Shown here piece after piece: positions 27,634 through 36,450 of a stretch of DNA of 64,000 bases (position 1 is the stretch's first letter; every line of letters starts with the position of its first letter). Location: sequence record MZ443771.1; one strand, given 5' to 3'. The translations under genes and the position numbers were made by a program. The notes beneath the pieces were generated by a model that saw nothing but the letters and a program-made list of their open reading frames with translations, did not search any database and was not told where the DNA came from.

Positions 27634-28074
27634 ATGACTACTACTTACAACATCGCTGATCTGAAAACCCCTGAAATGTTCGCAGATGCCCGCCTGGGTC
27701 ACTTGTCAGATTTTGCTGATAAACTTCGCGCTCTGCTGGGTCGTGAAGATATGTATCTGGAACTTGAAGCAGAAGAGGGCGCTGATATTTCCGATGTGTG
27801 CCCTGATGCAGATTCTGTTGTGGGTGACAATCTGATCAACCTGCACATTCATTATGCAGATGACCCTGATCATGTAAGCGATAAGGGTGCATGGTACGCT
27901 TACTTAGCTTTCCCTCATGTTGAAAATCACTGGGGCGAGTGGACAAATAGTTTCATCCTGTTTGTCGAATCTAACGACGGGGATTTCCTTGAAGAGATCG
28001 CGTTCGAAAATGGCAACCCGAAAATGCTGTCTGATATTGTCGACCGCATTAACTACTGGTTCCCTGCCGAGTAA
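27634..28074 (+). CDS. Acidic early protein
   Basis: 146 aa, GAGGAG RBS. Confidence 0.8.
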   Translation: MTTTYNIADLKTPEMFADARLGHLSDFADKLRALLGREDMYLELEAEEGADISDVCPDADSVVGDNLINLHIHYADDPDHVSDKGAWYAYLAFPHVENHWGEWTNSFILFVESNDGDFLEEIAFENGNPKMLSDIVDRINYWFPAE

Positions 28075-28148
28075 GTGATTTGTGTTGAGCATTCGCTGAG
28101 TGCTCAATGAAAATCCAAACAACACCCTAAGCTAAGGAGCTTAACATG
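28072..28148 (+). repeat. Intergenic hairpin/RBS module, copy A
   Basis: GATTTGTG-TTGAGCA-TTCGCTGAG-TGCTCAA-TGAAAATC...AAGGAG. Confidence 0.7.
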
Positions 28149-28463
28149 TCTTCATCTACTACTCTGACTTTCATCTTCCCAGAAATGACTACTCTGGAAG
28201 TTTCAATCGGTAACGGCGTTGTGCCCGCTTATCTGGGTCTCGCAGAAAACAGAGACATAACATTCAGCGATGTTAAAGCGCTGCGTCTGATGGGCGATTC
28301 GAACATCGTGGGCGCAATGAACCGCTTCGATCAGTCGATGCTTAACATGCTGATCGCCCGTCATGAAACGCATGAGCACATTCGTTGCCGTGATGCAATT
28401 GAGCAGGGTACTGAGTATTTCCCGTCTACTTGTCTCTACCTGAAAGTAGCGCACCACCGCTAA
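28146..28463 (+). CDS. Hypothetical early protein
   Basis: 105 aa, AAGGAG RBS. Confidence 0.8.
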   Translation: MSSSTTLTFIFPEMTTLEVSIGNGVVPAYLGLAENRDITFSDVKALRLMGDSNIVGAMNRFDQSMLNMLIARHETHEHIRCRDAIEQGTEYFPSTCLYLKVAHHR

Positions 28464-28529
28464 GATTTGTGAAGGGCATTCGCTGAGTGTCCTTTGAAAA
28501 TCAAACACTGTTCTGAGGAGAACAACATG
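28461..28529 (+). repeat. Intergenic hairpin/RBS module, copy B
   Basis: GATTTGTG-AAGGGCA-TTCGCTGAG-TGTCCTT-TGAAAATC...GAGGAG. Confidence 0.7.
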
Positions 28530-28880
28530 CACAACATCGAACTGCCTGTAGACGCTCGCCACTTTGACGATCTGACCAACGCAGAGTTCCTGCAAGTGTG
28601 TCGCGCTCTGTCTACTGTCACGGGTCGTGAAGACCTTGAGTTTCGTTCGCATCTGATGAGTCGCTTCATCGACATTGCGTATCGCTCTGGCGGCACTAAC
28701 ACGTTCGGTATCAGTAAGTGCCGTGTGCTAATGCCGTCAGAAGTTCAACGTGAGGATATCGTTGAAGACTTCGAGATTCATCACGGCGATGCAGTCATCT
28801 CTATCGAACGCCAGCGCGATACAGAGACAACGCTGCAACGTATCGCAGGTGCCATTGAAGCCTGTTTGCCGAGAGAGTGA
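28527..28880 (+). CDS. Hypothetical early protein
   Basis: ATG 28527 with GAGGAG RBS. Confidence 0.8.
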   Translation: MHNIELPVDARHFDDLTNAEFLQVCRALSTVTGREDLEFRSHLMSRFIDIAYRSGGTNTFGISKCRVLMPSEVQREDIVEDFEIHHGDAVISIERQRDTETTLQRIAGAIEACLPRE

Positions 28881-28951
28881 TTGTTGCTCGCAGATTCTTA
28901 CGAGAGTCTGCTGTCAACATAACCCAAACCACCTAGGCTGAGGAGCTTAAC

Positions 28952-29362
28952 ATGAAACAATTCCCACGTCGCGGCGAAACGTATACGCTGAAACAAATCG
29001 AAACTGAACTGGACCTGCGTGACGCACCGTTCCTGCGTTTCATCCCGCAGAAAGTGCGTTATGAGCATGAGAGTGCAGCGGGCATTCAGGTTATTCAGTC
29101 TGCGAATGTCGTTGACCTGCATCACCTTGACGGCTGGGCAGACACTGAGTGGGTATTCGTTCGTGAAACCGAAGAGTGGATTCCACTGTTCCGTGCGAAA
29201 GACGATGCCGCGATTGAAGCGCTCTGTGTTATCGAGCCTTCTACCGATTACAGTAGTCGTATTGATGGCGGTATGCACATCTACCCGAAAGGTACTGAGC
29301 ATCGTCAATACGAACCGTATGACGAGAAGCTGCATGGCGATCTGCTGGTGGCAGTAAAATAA
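28952..29362 (+). CDS. Acidic early protein
   Basis: 136 aa, GAGGAG RBS. Confidence 0.8.
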   Translation: MKQFPRRGETYTLKQIETELDLRDAPFLRFIPQKVRYEHESAAGIQVIQSANVVDLHHLDGWADTEWVFVRETEEWIPLFRAKDDAAIEALCVIEPSTDYSSRIDGGMHIYPKGTEHRQYEPYDEKLHGDLLVAVK

Positions 29363-29368
29363 ATAACA

Positions 29369-29399
29369 GGGATGCTCGCATAAGCGGGTGTCCCATTTT
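29369..29399 (+). terminator. Intrinsic terminator
   Basis: GGGATGCTCGC-ATAA-GCGGGTGTCCC-ATTTT. Confidence 0.7.
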
Positions 29400-29444
29400 A
29401 CATTCGGGTCATTAACCTGAATACTTAACTTGAAGGGAAATAAA

Positions 29445-29966
29445 ATGCTGGATAAAATCACCCACATCGTTCACACAATGATGACCTCTCTTAAAGACAT
29501 TCGCAACGTGCAGGAAGTTCGCTTCATCGGTAACGAAGCTGTGCGTTTCCGTTTGCATGACAGAACGTTTGACGTGCGCGGCAACTACCCGCTGTTCTCT
29601 GTGCATGAGATCGAAGGGTCTTGCATGTGTGGTTCGAAAGCTGCCCGCGATGTTGAAGCGCAGATGAATAGCGGTGGCGTAGACGGCGAAGAAGATTTCG
29701 GGCATAACGCTAGCGACGAAGCGCTCAATGATCTGCTGTGTGCTCACGTTGAGTCTATGGCAGAAGAAGCTGTGCGTCGATACAACGAAGAATGTGGTGG
29801 CCCTGACTTAGACCCGATTAACAGTCAGCGCACTTGGTTGAAGACGCACTTCCTGCATATCGGGCACAACACGCCTGACCTACTCGAAACAGTATTGATG
29901 ATGGAAGGTAGAGAGCGCCGTGACGAACTGGCAAAAGCCGTTAAGGAGAAGATATGGTCAGATTGA
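29445..29966 (+). CDS. Hypothetical protein
   Basis: ATG 29445 with AAGGGA RBS. Confidence 0.7.
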   Translation: MLDKITHIVHTMMTSLKDIRNVQEVRFIGNEAVRFRLHDRTFDVRGNYPLFSVHEIEGSCMCGSKAARDVEAQMNSGGVDGEEDFGHNASDEALNDLLCAHVESMAEEAVRRYNEECGGPDLDPINSQRTWLKTHFLHIGHNTPDLLETVLMMEGRERRDELAKAVKEKIWSD

Positions 29967-30244
29967 TCATAGGCCTCATTCGTGACTGGCGCAAGCAGAA
30001 GCAACTCGAATTTAAGACTGAGGTGCTTGAGGCAATAATGATGTTAGACCTGCGTGACAAGCAACTGCTGTGTCGTGCATTCGGTGTCCCTGTTGATATG
30101 AATGGCATTCATGCTATCGCAAGCATGAACCGTAAAGAGTTAGCGAAACAGTGTGCGCAGTATTACGTGCGTTTCGCCGATAAGAAGTGGAAAGTGTTAC
30201 CTGCTTTCCGCGATGTGCTGTACAACATCCGAAGAGGAAAATAA
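29954..30244 (+). CDS. Hypothetical protein
   Basis: 96 aa, AAGGAG RBS. Confidence 0.7.
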   Translation: MVRLIIGLIRDWRKQKQLEFKTEVLEAIMMLDLRDKQLLCRAFGVPVDMNGIHAIASMNRKELAKQCAQYYVRFADKKWKVLPAFRDVLYNIRRGK

Positions 30245-30247
30245 GTA

Positions 30248-30685
30248 ATGAGCGAAATAGATATTCTGATCCGAGAGTTTGAGCGGGCGTATCTCAAGTC
30301 ACTTGCGTCTGCCTGGGGAAACGTTGCATATCATGCTGGCGACTACAACCCTGAGCTGAAAAACATTCGCATGTACTTGCGCTTTCGCACCCAGCAACAA
30401 TGTTTGTGGAATCGTCCTGTTCTGGTACTCTCTACTATCGACGTCACTAATCCGGGTCAAGGCGAGTTCTCAAAGTTACTCGCACGTACCAAAGAGATGT
30501 GTCGTCAGCGTGACTGGATTCTGCAAATCGAAAACGTACTGACGCCTAAGTTCAGGAAGTTTCTTCAACGTGGTGGATTCAAACCTTTCGGTATTGACGC
30601 AGAAGTGCCGTACGGAAGTTTGTATTGGTTCCACGACGAAACAATCCCGCAGCAATGTGCGATGTACCCGGAGATTAGACGATGA
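30248..30685 (+). CDS. GNAT-fold acetyltransferase-like protein
   Basis: IDVTNPGQGEFSKLL (motif A-like) and IENVLTPKFRKFLQRGGF (motif B-like). Confidence 0.55.
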   Translation: MSEIDILIREFERAYLKSLASAWGNVAYHAGDYNPELKNIRMYLRFRTQQQCLWNRPVLVLSTIDVTNPGQGEFSKLLARTKEMCRQRDWILQIENVLTPKFRKFLQRGGFKPFGIDAEVPYGSLYWFHDETIPQQCAMYPEIRR

Positions 30686-31128
30686 CTATCTGGTGGCCTA
30701 CAATAATAATCTGCTTCGTGCTGCCCATGTCTGCTTGCTATGCGACTATCCCGTGGTTTCGTGCTGCTGTTAATCGCAGACTGACGTTCAAGCCGTTTGA
30801 CTATGACGCGCTCACTCAAATCTTCGAGCGTGGTCTGCCTGAGCGTTTGACCATTGAGTGTCTGCAAGCAACGTACAAGGGCAACACACCCGAACATTTG
30901 TTCGTGGATATTTATCCGCACAAAGAGAACGTTGCTGCTGTTCGTTTTCGTGTGGACGAAGACTTTCCCATAGCGCATATCTTTCACAATGCGCTGGTGG
31001 GTAACTATAGTGCGCTGTGCATTCGTAGCAAGAAGCCGCCTGTGTTGAGTATCAACCAGTCTGTGTATCGTGTGATCGAATACGAATATGATAGCCAGTA
31101 CCTGTTGATCTACCTCAAACACGAGTAA
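30682..31128 (+). CDS. Hypothetical protein with N-terminal hydrophobic segment
   Basis: WWPTIIICFVLPMSACYATIPWF. Confidence 0.65.
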   Translation: MTIWWPTIIICFVLPMSACYATIPWFRAAVNRRLTFKPFDYDALTQIFERGLPERLTIECLQATYKGNTPEHLFVDIYPHKENVAAVRFRVDEDFPIAHIFHNALVGNYSALCIRSKKPPVLSINQSVYRVIEYEYDSQYLLIYLKHE

Positions 31129-31134
31129 ACAATC

Positions 31135-31434
31135 ATGGTCACTCAACAACAACTCAAAGAGTTCTCGGCGTTACCTTCTTTACAGCGGAAAGTGTTTCTT
31201 CGAAGTCTTCAGGTAGAGATGTTGAGTGGCCTACCCGAAGTAGAACCGATAGTACGTGAGATGCTATGTCGCGCTATCGTGGTTGATATTGCTCAGGCTG
31301 AACTGGCATTACTTGCCGCTCGTCAAATGTGCGAGAACAAGGACGTTAAGAAAGCCATTGATGAATTGCTTCAATTCGCTGCGCGTCTGCATGACGCCGC
31401 ATCTGATACTTTATTCTTAGGAGATACCGCATGA
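31135..31434 (+). CDS. Hypothetical protein
   Basis: 99 aa ORF. Confidence 0.7.
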   Translation: MVTQQQLKEFSALPSLQRKVFLRSLQVEMLSGLPEVEPIVREMLCRAIVVDIAQAELALLAARQMCENKDVKKAIDELLQFAARLHDAASDTLFLGDTA

Positions 31435-32480
31435 ATACGATTTCTGGCGCAATGATTGATGAAGATGTTCTGGAGTGGCTGGACGATTTTAATGGTCACA
31501 AGATTCGTGAGATGTGCGAAGCGATCAATCAGCTTGCGTATGCGCATCGCACCGAGCTGTCTATCCCGAACATGGGTAGCGATGAAGATCTGGCTGCGCT
31601 GTCTCATGCTGACCTGTTTACTATTCTGTCTCTCGCTTGCCCTGATGCGAAGTATGACCTGATGTTGTCTAACGTGCAACTGCTTGGTCTTGCGCTTGCT
31701 GCCAAAGGCGTTATCGACTATCACCTGCCTGAATTGAATAGCCCGATTCTGGCAAAGCGTGAGTTTGCAGACAAGCACCGTAAAAACATCATCGGAGGCA
31801 CAAGCACTCGTGGTCAGATCGTCGCTGCCCTTAACGAATGGATCTGCGGTATGCGTGATCTTGAGATTGTACATGCGGGTACTGACTTACCGCCTGATAT
31901 TGCAGGTATGTATCTGTGTCTCGACGAGCACGAACAAGTTCGCTACGGTCGCTTGTTCCCTAACGGCAGTCAGGGTTGGACGTTCTGTGAATCGTATGCT
32001 GACGGTGGCTCTACTGGTTGGTATAGCGGTGATACGGATCACATGAGCGATGACGATCTGCCTATGTCACTACTGACTGGCTGGGTGCTCATCTCTGAGT
32101 GGCATAGCCCGTCGCGTGAAGTGAAAGACAACGTTGTACCCATTGGCCTGAGCGACACGCATCGCATCTTTATGTTCCTGCGCAGTCTTAGCCCTCACGT
32201 AAAAGCAGAGCTGGTGGCACACTTCGAAGGTGTGCTTGACTATAAATCGCCGACCTCTGTTGACACTATCGGTCGTTTGACTACGCACGATTGGCGTATG
32301 GCTGCTGTTGCTGTTGCTGATGACAGTGAGATACCTGATGGTGCGACAAGCTGGACTAACGTACCTGCCTGGGCGTGTTTCGTTGCAGTCGCTAAAGCAC
32401 TTGGCTTCAACTTCGAAACACGCCAGTTCGACCCTCAGTTCGACTATCAGGCTAACGACGATCATTTAGAAGGAGAGTAA
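31431..32480 (+). CDS. Hypothetical protein
   Basis: 349 aa ORF, AGGAG RBS. Confidence 0.8.
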   Translation: MNTISGAMIDEDVLEWLDDFNGHKIREMCEAINQLAYAHRTELSIPNMGSDEDLAALSHADLFTILSLACPDAKYDLMLSNVQLLGLALAAKGVIDYHLPELNSPILAKREFADKHRKNIIGGTSTRGQIVAALNEWICGMRDLEIVHAGTDLPPDIAGMYLCLDEHEQVRYGRLFPNGSQGWTFCESYADGGSTGWYSGDTDHMSDDDLPMSLLTGWVLISEWHSPSREVKDNVVPIGLSDTHRIFMFLRSLSPHVKAELVAHFEGVLDYKSPTSVDTIGRLTTHDWRMAAVAVADDSEIPDGATSWTNVPAWACFVAVAKALGFNFETRQFDPQFDYQANDDHLEGE

Positions 32481-32481
32481 C

Positions 32482-33015
32482 ATGGCAAAGTCACTGGGTG
32501 TATACATGACGTATATTCTGCGTCATAAACCTCAGGACATTGGCATCGCAATGGACACCCAAGGATGGGTGTCTGTTCTGGATTTCTTGCAGAAAGCAAA
32601 GTACAAAAAGCAAGTGACCAGAGAGATGCTGATCGAAGAAGTAGAAGCGGACGATAAAGGTCGTTTTGAGTTTAACTCGAACAAGTCCAAGATTCGCTGT
32701 GTTCAAGGGCATTCTGTTGAGCACGTCATTCTCAATCTCGAACCTTGGACTGATTGTTCGCCTCTGTATCATGGCACCGCAGAGAAGAATGTCGCTGCTA
32801 TCCAGCATGAAGGTATTCTCCGACGTAAACGCAAGCACGTCCATATCAGCAACGATATCGAAACAGCTCGACGTGTTGGACAACGCCACGGTGTACCTGT
32901 TGTGTTTCAAATCGACACACAGGCAATGATCACTCACGGTTATAAGTTCTACCGCGCAGAGAACGGAGTCATCCTCACCGATCACGTACCGTCGCGCTAT
33001 ATCAGATTGGTGTAA
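32482..33015 (+). CDS. kptA: RNA 2'-phosphotransferase (KptA/Tpt1 family)
   Basis: LRHKP, DTQGW, DDKGRF, IRCVQGHS, LYHGT, RKHVHIS and AENGVILTDHVP motifs. Confidence 0.9.
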   Translation: MAKSLGVYMTYILRHKPQDIGIAMDTQGWVSVLDFLQKAKYKKQVTREMLIEEVEADDKGRFEFNSNKSKIRCVQGHSVEHVILNLEPWTDCSPLYHGTAEKNVAAIQHEGILRRKRKHVHISNDIETARRVGQRHGVPVVFQIDTQAMITHGYKFYRAENGVILTDHVPSRYIRLV

Positions 33016-33017
33016 GT

Positions 33018-33419
33018 ATGGATAAAACGTACATGCGACATTGGGGATCACGCTACGTGCGGTCCTCATCTGGCAAGTGGTATTCAGTTCATGGACGTGA
33101 AGGAACGTGGGTGACGAATCGCTACGGCACATCATTCTATCGTAGCGGTTCAGAAGTGTGGCGCGACATATCTGCCGCAGATCGTAATGCGTTGGAACGA
33201 GAGTTAGTTTCCCGTACACGCAAAGACTTCAAAGACACTAAGCTCAAGTATAACCACTGGGGCAAGATTGTCCTGACTATTGCGAGACAGTCAGAAGAAG
33301 AAAACAACCCACACACGTCAGAGCTAGCTGAGATGCTTGAGTCGCTGAGACAGACTTTCTACGGACAGAAGGTACAGCAACTAAGCACAATATTGGACGA
33401 AATAGGGCTTAAAGAGTAG
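33018..33419 (+). CDS. Hypothetical protein
   Basis: 133 aa ORF. Confidence 0.7.
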   Translation: MDKTYMRHWGSRYVRSSSGKWYSVHGREGTWVTNRYGTSFYRSGSEVWRDISAADRNALERELVSRTRKDFKDTKLKYNHWGKIVLTIARQSEEENNPHTSELAEMLESLRQTFYGQKVQQLSTILDEIGLKE

Positions 33420-33437
33420 GCTCGTTTGTGCTATAAT
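33385..33437 (+). promoter_or_regulatory. Early promoter, degenerate copy 9
   Basis: GCACAATATTGGACGAAATAG with TGnTATAAT at the same +39 spacing. Confidence 0.55.
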
Positions 33438-33486
33438 AGAGATGAACGCTAGACACTCGTTTAGCTACTTACATGAGGATATGTAT

Positions 33487-34941
33487 ATGAAAAAGATTAA
33501 ATACACTTTTCGCCTGACTGACCTTGTTCGCATCTCCAAAACTCTGCCTGTAACTATGAAGCATTTCGATGGTGCAGGAGAAGAAGCCATTGTTGTTGGT
33601 CGTCAGAATGAAAAAGACGAGTACGCGTTACACATCAAACATCATGGTTATGTTGCATGGTACCCAGCCGAGTGCTTGACGCTGATCTCTCACAATAACG
33701 GTGAGCTGCTTGATCAGTGGGAAGCAGGTGACTACGGTCGCGATAAGAAGAAGAAACGCAAGATGCCAGAGGCGCTGCGTAACTTCACTGCTATTCTGCC
33801 TGTCACCTGCAACGCTGATTGCTCGTTTTGCCCAGAGAAAGAGATGGAGCAGAAAGCTGCCCAGCAAGAATGGCAAGACGGTTTGATTGCTTCGATCAAA
33901 CGCATGTACAAGAAAACGAAGTTCGACCACGTATCAATCTCTGGTGGCGAACCTACACTGCGCACGAAGTTCTTGTTTGAGACTATCGACCGCATTCAGA
34001 AAGAAACGCCAATCAAGAAAGTAGGCTTGACGTCTAACGGCTTCTTCCTTGAAAAGCAAAACAGCACGTTCGACTTCTTAGACCGTAACACTACGCCTGA
34101 GATGACGAGCAAGCTGTCGCATCTGAATATCAGTATGCACTCGTTCAATCGTGATCTCGCAAACAAGATCATGGGCGTGAACTACAAACAGACTCTGGAA
34201 GATCTTGTGCGCTTCCGCCGTCAGCTTGGTCGTGAAGTTAGTTTCCACATTAACTTTGTGATCAACGACAAGACCGGCTCAATCACCGAAGAGTTCAAAC
34301 GTGCCGCCAACTTCATGCGAGCGAACCCGTTCATCGACATTGTGTTCCGTGTTGACTACAACGATGTTGAACTGTCCAAAGCACTGCGCAAATATGCTAT
34401 GGATTATGCAGAGTGGGAAGAAGAAAGTCGCATCGCCGCTGCTGCTCGTAAGAAATGTAGAATGAAGGAGCCGAAAGCACCTCACATCGTTCAGAAGTTT
34501 GATCGTTTCTTTGGAGGCAGCACTAACGATGAAGCTGAGAGTGCATGGACTACAGGCTGCCCATCATGCTTCACCCATGCGTCTAACATCGTCAATAACA
34601 GTCGCGCATTCTTGAAAGCGTCTTCATACGAACCGAACGACGACGAAGAAGAATACACTGAGCTGGTCTATCACATGGACGGCGCTCTGTATTGGGACTG
34701 GACTCGTAATGACCCTGTACCAGAACCACGCAGCAAACGTTTCGACTTCGAAATGAAAGAAGAAACTGTCACTCAACCAAAAGCTGTTAAGAAACCTAAG
34801 AAGGCCAAACCTGTTGCTATGACCAGCAAGCAGAAGAAAGAAGTTGAGCGTGAGTCTGGTGTTGATAGCTGCAACTATTCATCTCGCTGTGGTTTTGTTG
34901 GCGGTAACGGTCGCTGTGGCTTCGGCAGCGGTCTGTGCTAA
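33487..34941 (+). CDS. Radical SAM enzyme with N-terminal small beta domain and Cys/Gly-rich C-terminal tail
   Basis: CNADCSFC (CxxxCxxC) and SGGEPTL motifs; tail SCNYSSRCGFVGGNGRCGFGSGLC. Confidence 0.85.
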   Translation: MKKIKYTFRLTDLVRISKTLPVTMKHFDGAGEEAIVVGRQNEKDEYALHIKHHGYVAWYPAECLTLISHNNGELLDQWEAGDYGRDKKKKRKMPEALRNFTAILPVTCNADCSFCPEKEMEQKAAQQEWQDGLIASIKRMYKKTKFDHVSISGGEPTLRTKFLFETIDRIQKETPIKKVGLTSNGFFLEKQNSTFDFLDRNTTPEMTSKLSHLNISMHSFNRDLANKIMGVNYKQTLEDLVRFRRQLGREVSFHINFVINDKTGSITEEFKRAANFMRANPFIDIVFRVDYNDVELSKALRKYAMDYAEWEEESRIAAAARKKCRMKEPKAPHIVQKFDRFFGGSTNDEAESAWTTGCPSCFTHASNIVNNSRAFLKASSYEPNDDEEEYTELVYHMDGALYWDWTRNDPVPEPRSKRFDFEMKEETVTQPKAVKKPKKAKPVAMTSKQKKEVERESGVDSCNYSSRCGFVGGNGRCGFGSGLC

Positions 34942-34951
34942 GGACAATCGA

Positions 34952-35311
34952 ATGAAACAACGTACCTTCTATTATGACAGCCCGTTCTATTACGGGCTTA
35001 TCGTGTGGCGCAAGCGTCTGCGCAATGTTGTGCTGATGCTATGCGCAATACTCATCATTCACGGCTGGCATGTGCCTGTAGTTGAAAACATGTGGGCATG
35101 GACTGGCACTATCTTCGGTATCTTGTTTCTCGTTTGCTACATTAAGATGTGGGAATACGAGCGCATGATTCTCGAAGCGTGTGGTCCGCTAGATACGCAC
35201 ACTGTTATCGGTGTGTTGAACTTCGAAAGTTTAGAGCGCAAACATGCTGTCTGGTACGAAAAGAAGTTCGGACACAAGCCACCTAAAACTAACTCATGGA
35301 GTATCGACTAA
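34952..35311 (+). CDS. Membrane protein (2 predicted TM segments)
   Basis: VVLMLCAILIIHGW and WAWTGTIFGILFLVCYI. Confidence 0.7.
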   Translation: MKQRTFYYDSPFYYGLIVWRKRLRNVVLMLCAILIIHGWHVPVVENMWAWTGTIFGILFLVCYIKMWEYERMILEACGPLDTHTVIGVLNFESLERKHAVWYEKKFGHKPPKTNSWSID

Positions 35312-35733
35312 TGCCTCGCATGTTTACTGAGACTCATCGCAATAAGTATTTCCGTGATCGTAATCATCCTGGGTATCACGGTGACGTGTGCGCGCAAATC
35401 CATGTTGAGGGTATGGAAACGCTAAAAGACCTGAAATACTATCAGACAGCAATTTCGATGCTGCGCCGTAGTACACCTAAACGTACCAGTGAATACAGCC
35501 ACGACATTCTGTATCTGCGTACTCACTTTAAAGAAGCTGCTGCGCGTATGAAGTCGCTACGCATTGCATATACCGAAGAGCATTGTCGCAGACACGGTGA
35601 GCGTATGCGCCTCGAAGTGAAAGACGCTGACGGCAATCGTGTTGATTTGTTCGTGACGTATGACGCGGCCAAATACTGCAAACTGCGTTCTGGTCTTGGC
35701 GCAACTATCGAACGTTACGAGGAAAAGAAATGA
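35296..35733 (+). CDS. Hypothetical protein
   Basis: 145 aa ORF. Confidence 0.7.
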   Translation: MEYRLMPRMFTETHRNKYFRDRNHPGYHGDVCAQIHVEGMETLKDLKYYQTAISMLRRSTPKRTSEYSHDILYLRTHFKEAAARMKSLRIAYTEEHCRRHGERMRLEVKDADGNRVDLFVTYDAAKYCKLRSGLGATIERYEEKK

Positions 35734-36446
35734 TGCCGAAAATATTCACGCTGAAACATTCAGGCGCTGACGTTATCATGCCTGTGATCTTGTTCGAATT
35801 GAACAAGCAAATGAAAGCTGGTGCAGTAGTCGACCTGGCCGAAGCGTACTCACTGTTGAACGATACGCAGGCTGTTTACCTGACGTTAGCTAGCTCCGAC
35901 AATGATGCGTATTACAAACAGCTTGAGCCTACGATTCGTTCGTTGCTTGCTAAGTACGGGCTACAGTGGATTCTCATTGAGAACGATCTGTCTCGATACT
36001 GTGAACGTTACGCAGAACTCAAAGGCTTCAAACGTGTAGACGGGAACGTATGGTCACACGCTACAGGCGAAGTTGAGATCGATAACTATGACCGCATCAT
36101 GCTACGTGCTCTGCTGGAAGAATGCAGCGCTGCACGGTTTCTCGAAAGTGTCGATGAACTTGTCGAAGAACAGACGGCAGTAGATGAGATTGACCACAAA
36201 CTCGATCTCATTGAAGACGGCAAGTGTTCCGAATGCGGCGCAGAGCGTGACCCTGATGTAGACGATGAATATATGTGTCTGTCGTGTCGCTTAGCCGCAG
36301 AGGATGAAGAACGTGCGGAAGAAACATACGACTATCATCTGGTTGACCCTCGAATGCGCGTTCGTTTCAAAACAAACGATTTTGAAGCTGCTGAAAAGTA
36401 TGCTGAGTCGCATCGAGAGTGTAAAGTGTTGTACGTAGGGGAATAA
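35730..36446 (+). CDS. Hypothetical protein with acidic CxxC...CxxC module
   Basis: KCSECG...MCLSCR. Confidence 0.75.
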   Translation: MMPKIFTLKHSGADVIMPVILFELNKQMKAGAVVDLAEAYSLLNDTQAVYLTLASSDNDAYYKQLEPTIRSLLAKYGLQWILIENDLSRYCERYAELKGFKRVDGNVWSHATGEVEIDNYDRIMLRALLEECSAARFLESVDELVEEQTAVDEIDHKLDLIEDGKCSECGAERDPDVDDEYMCLSCRLAAEDEERAEETYDYHLVDPRMRVRFKTNDFEAAEKYAESHRECKVLYVGE

Positions 36447-36450
36447 CAAA

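Noticed and set aside
33487-34941. Radical SAM enzyme as a prokaryotic viperin
   Set aside because: Architecture and motifs beyond CxxxCxxC/GGEP do not match what I recall of viperins; left unassigned.
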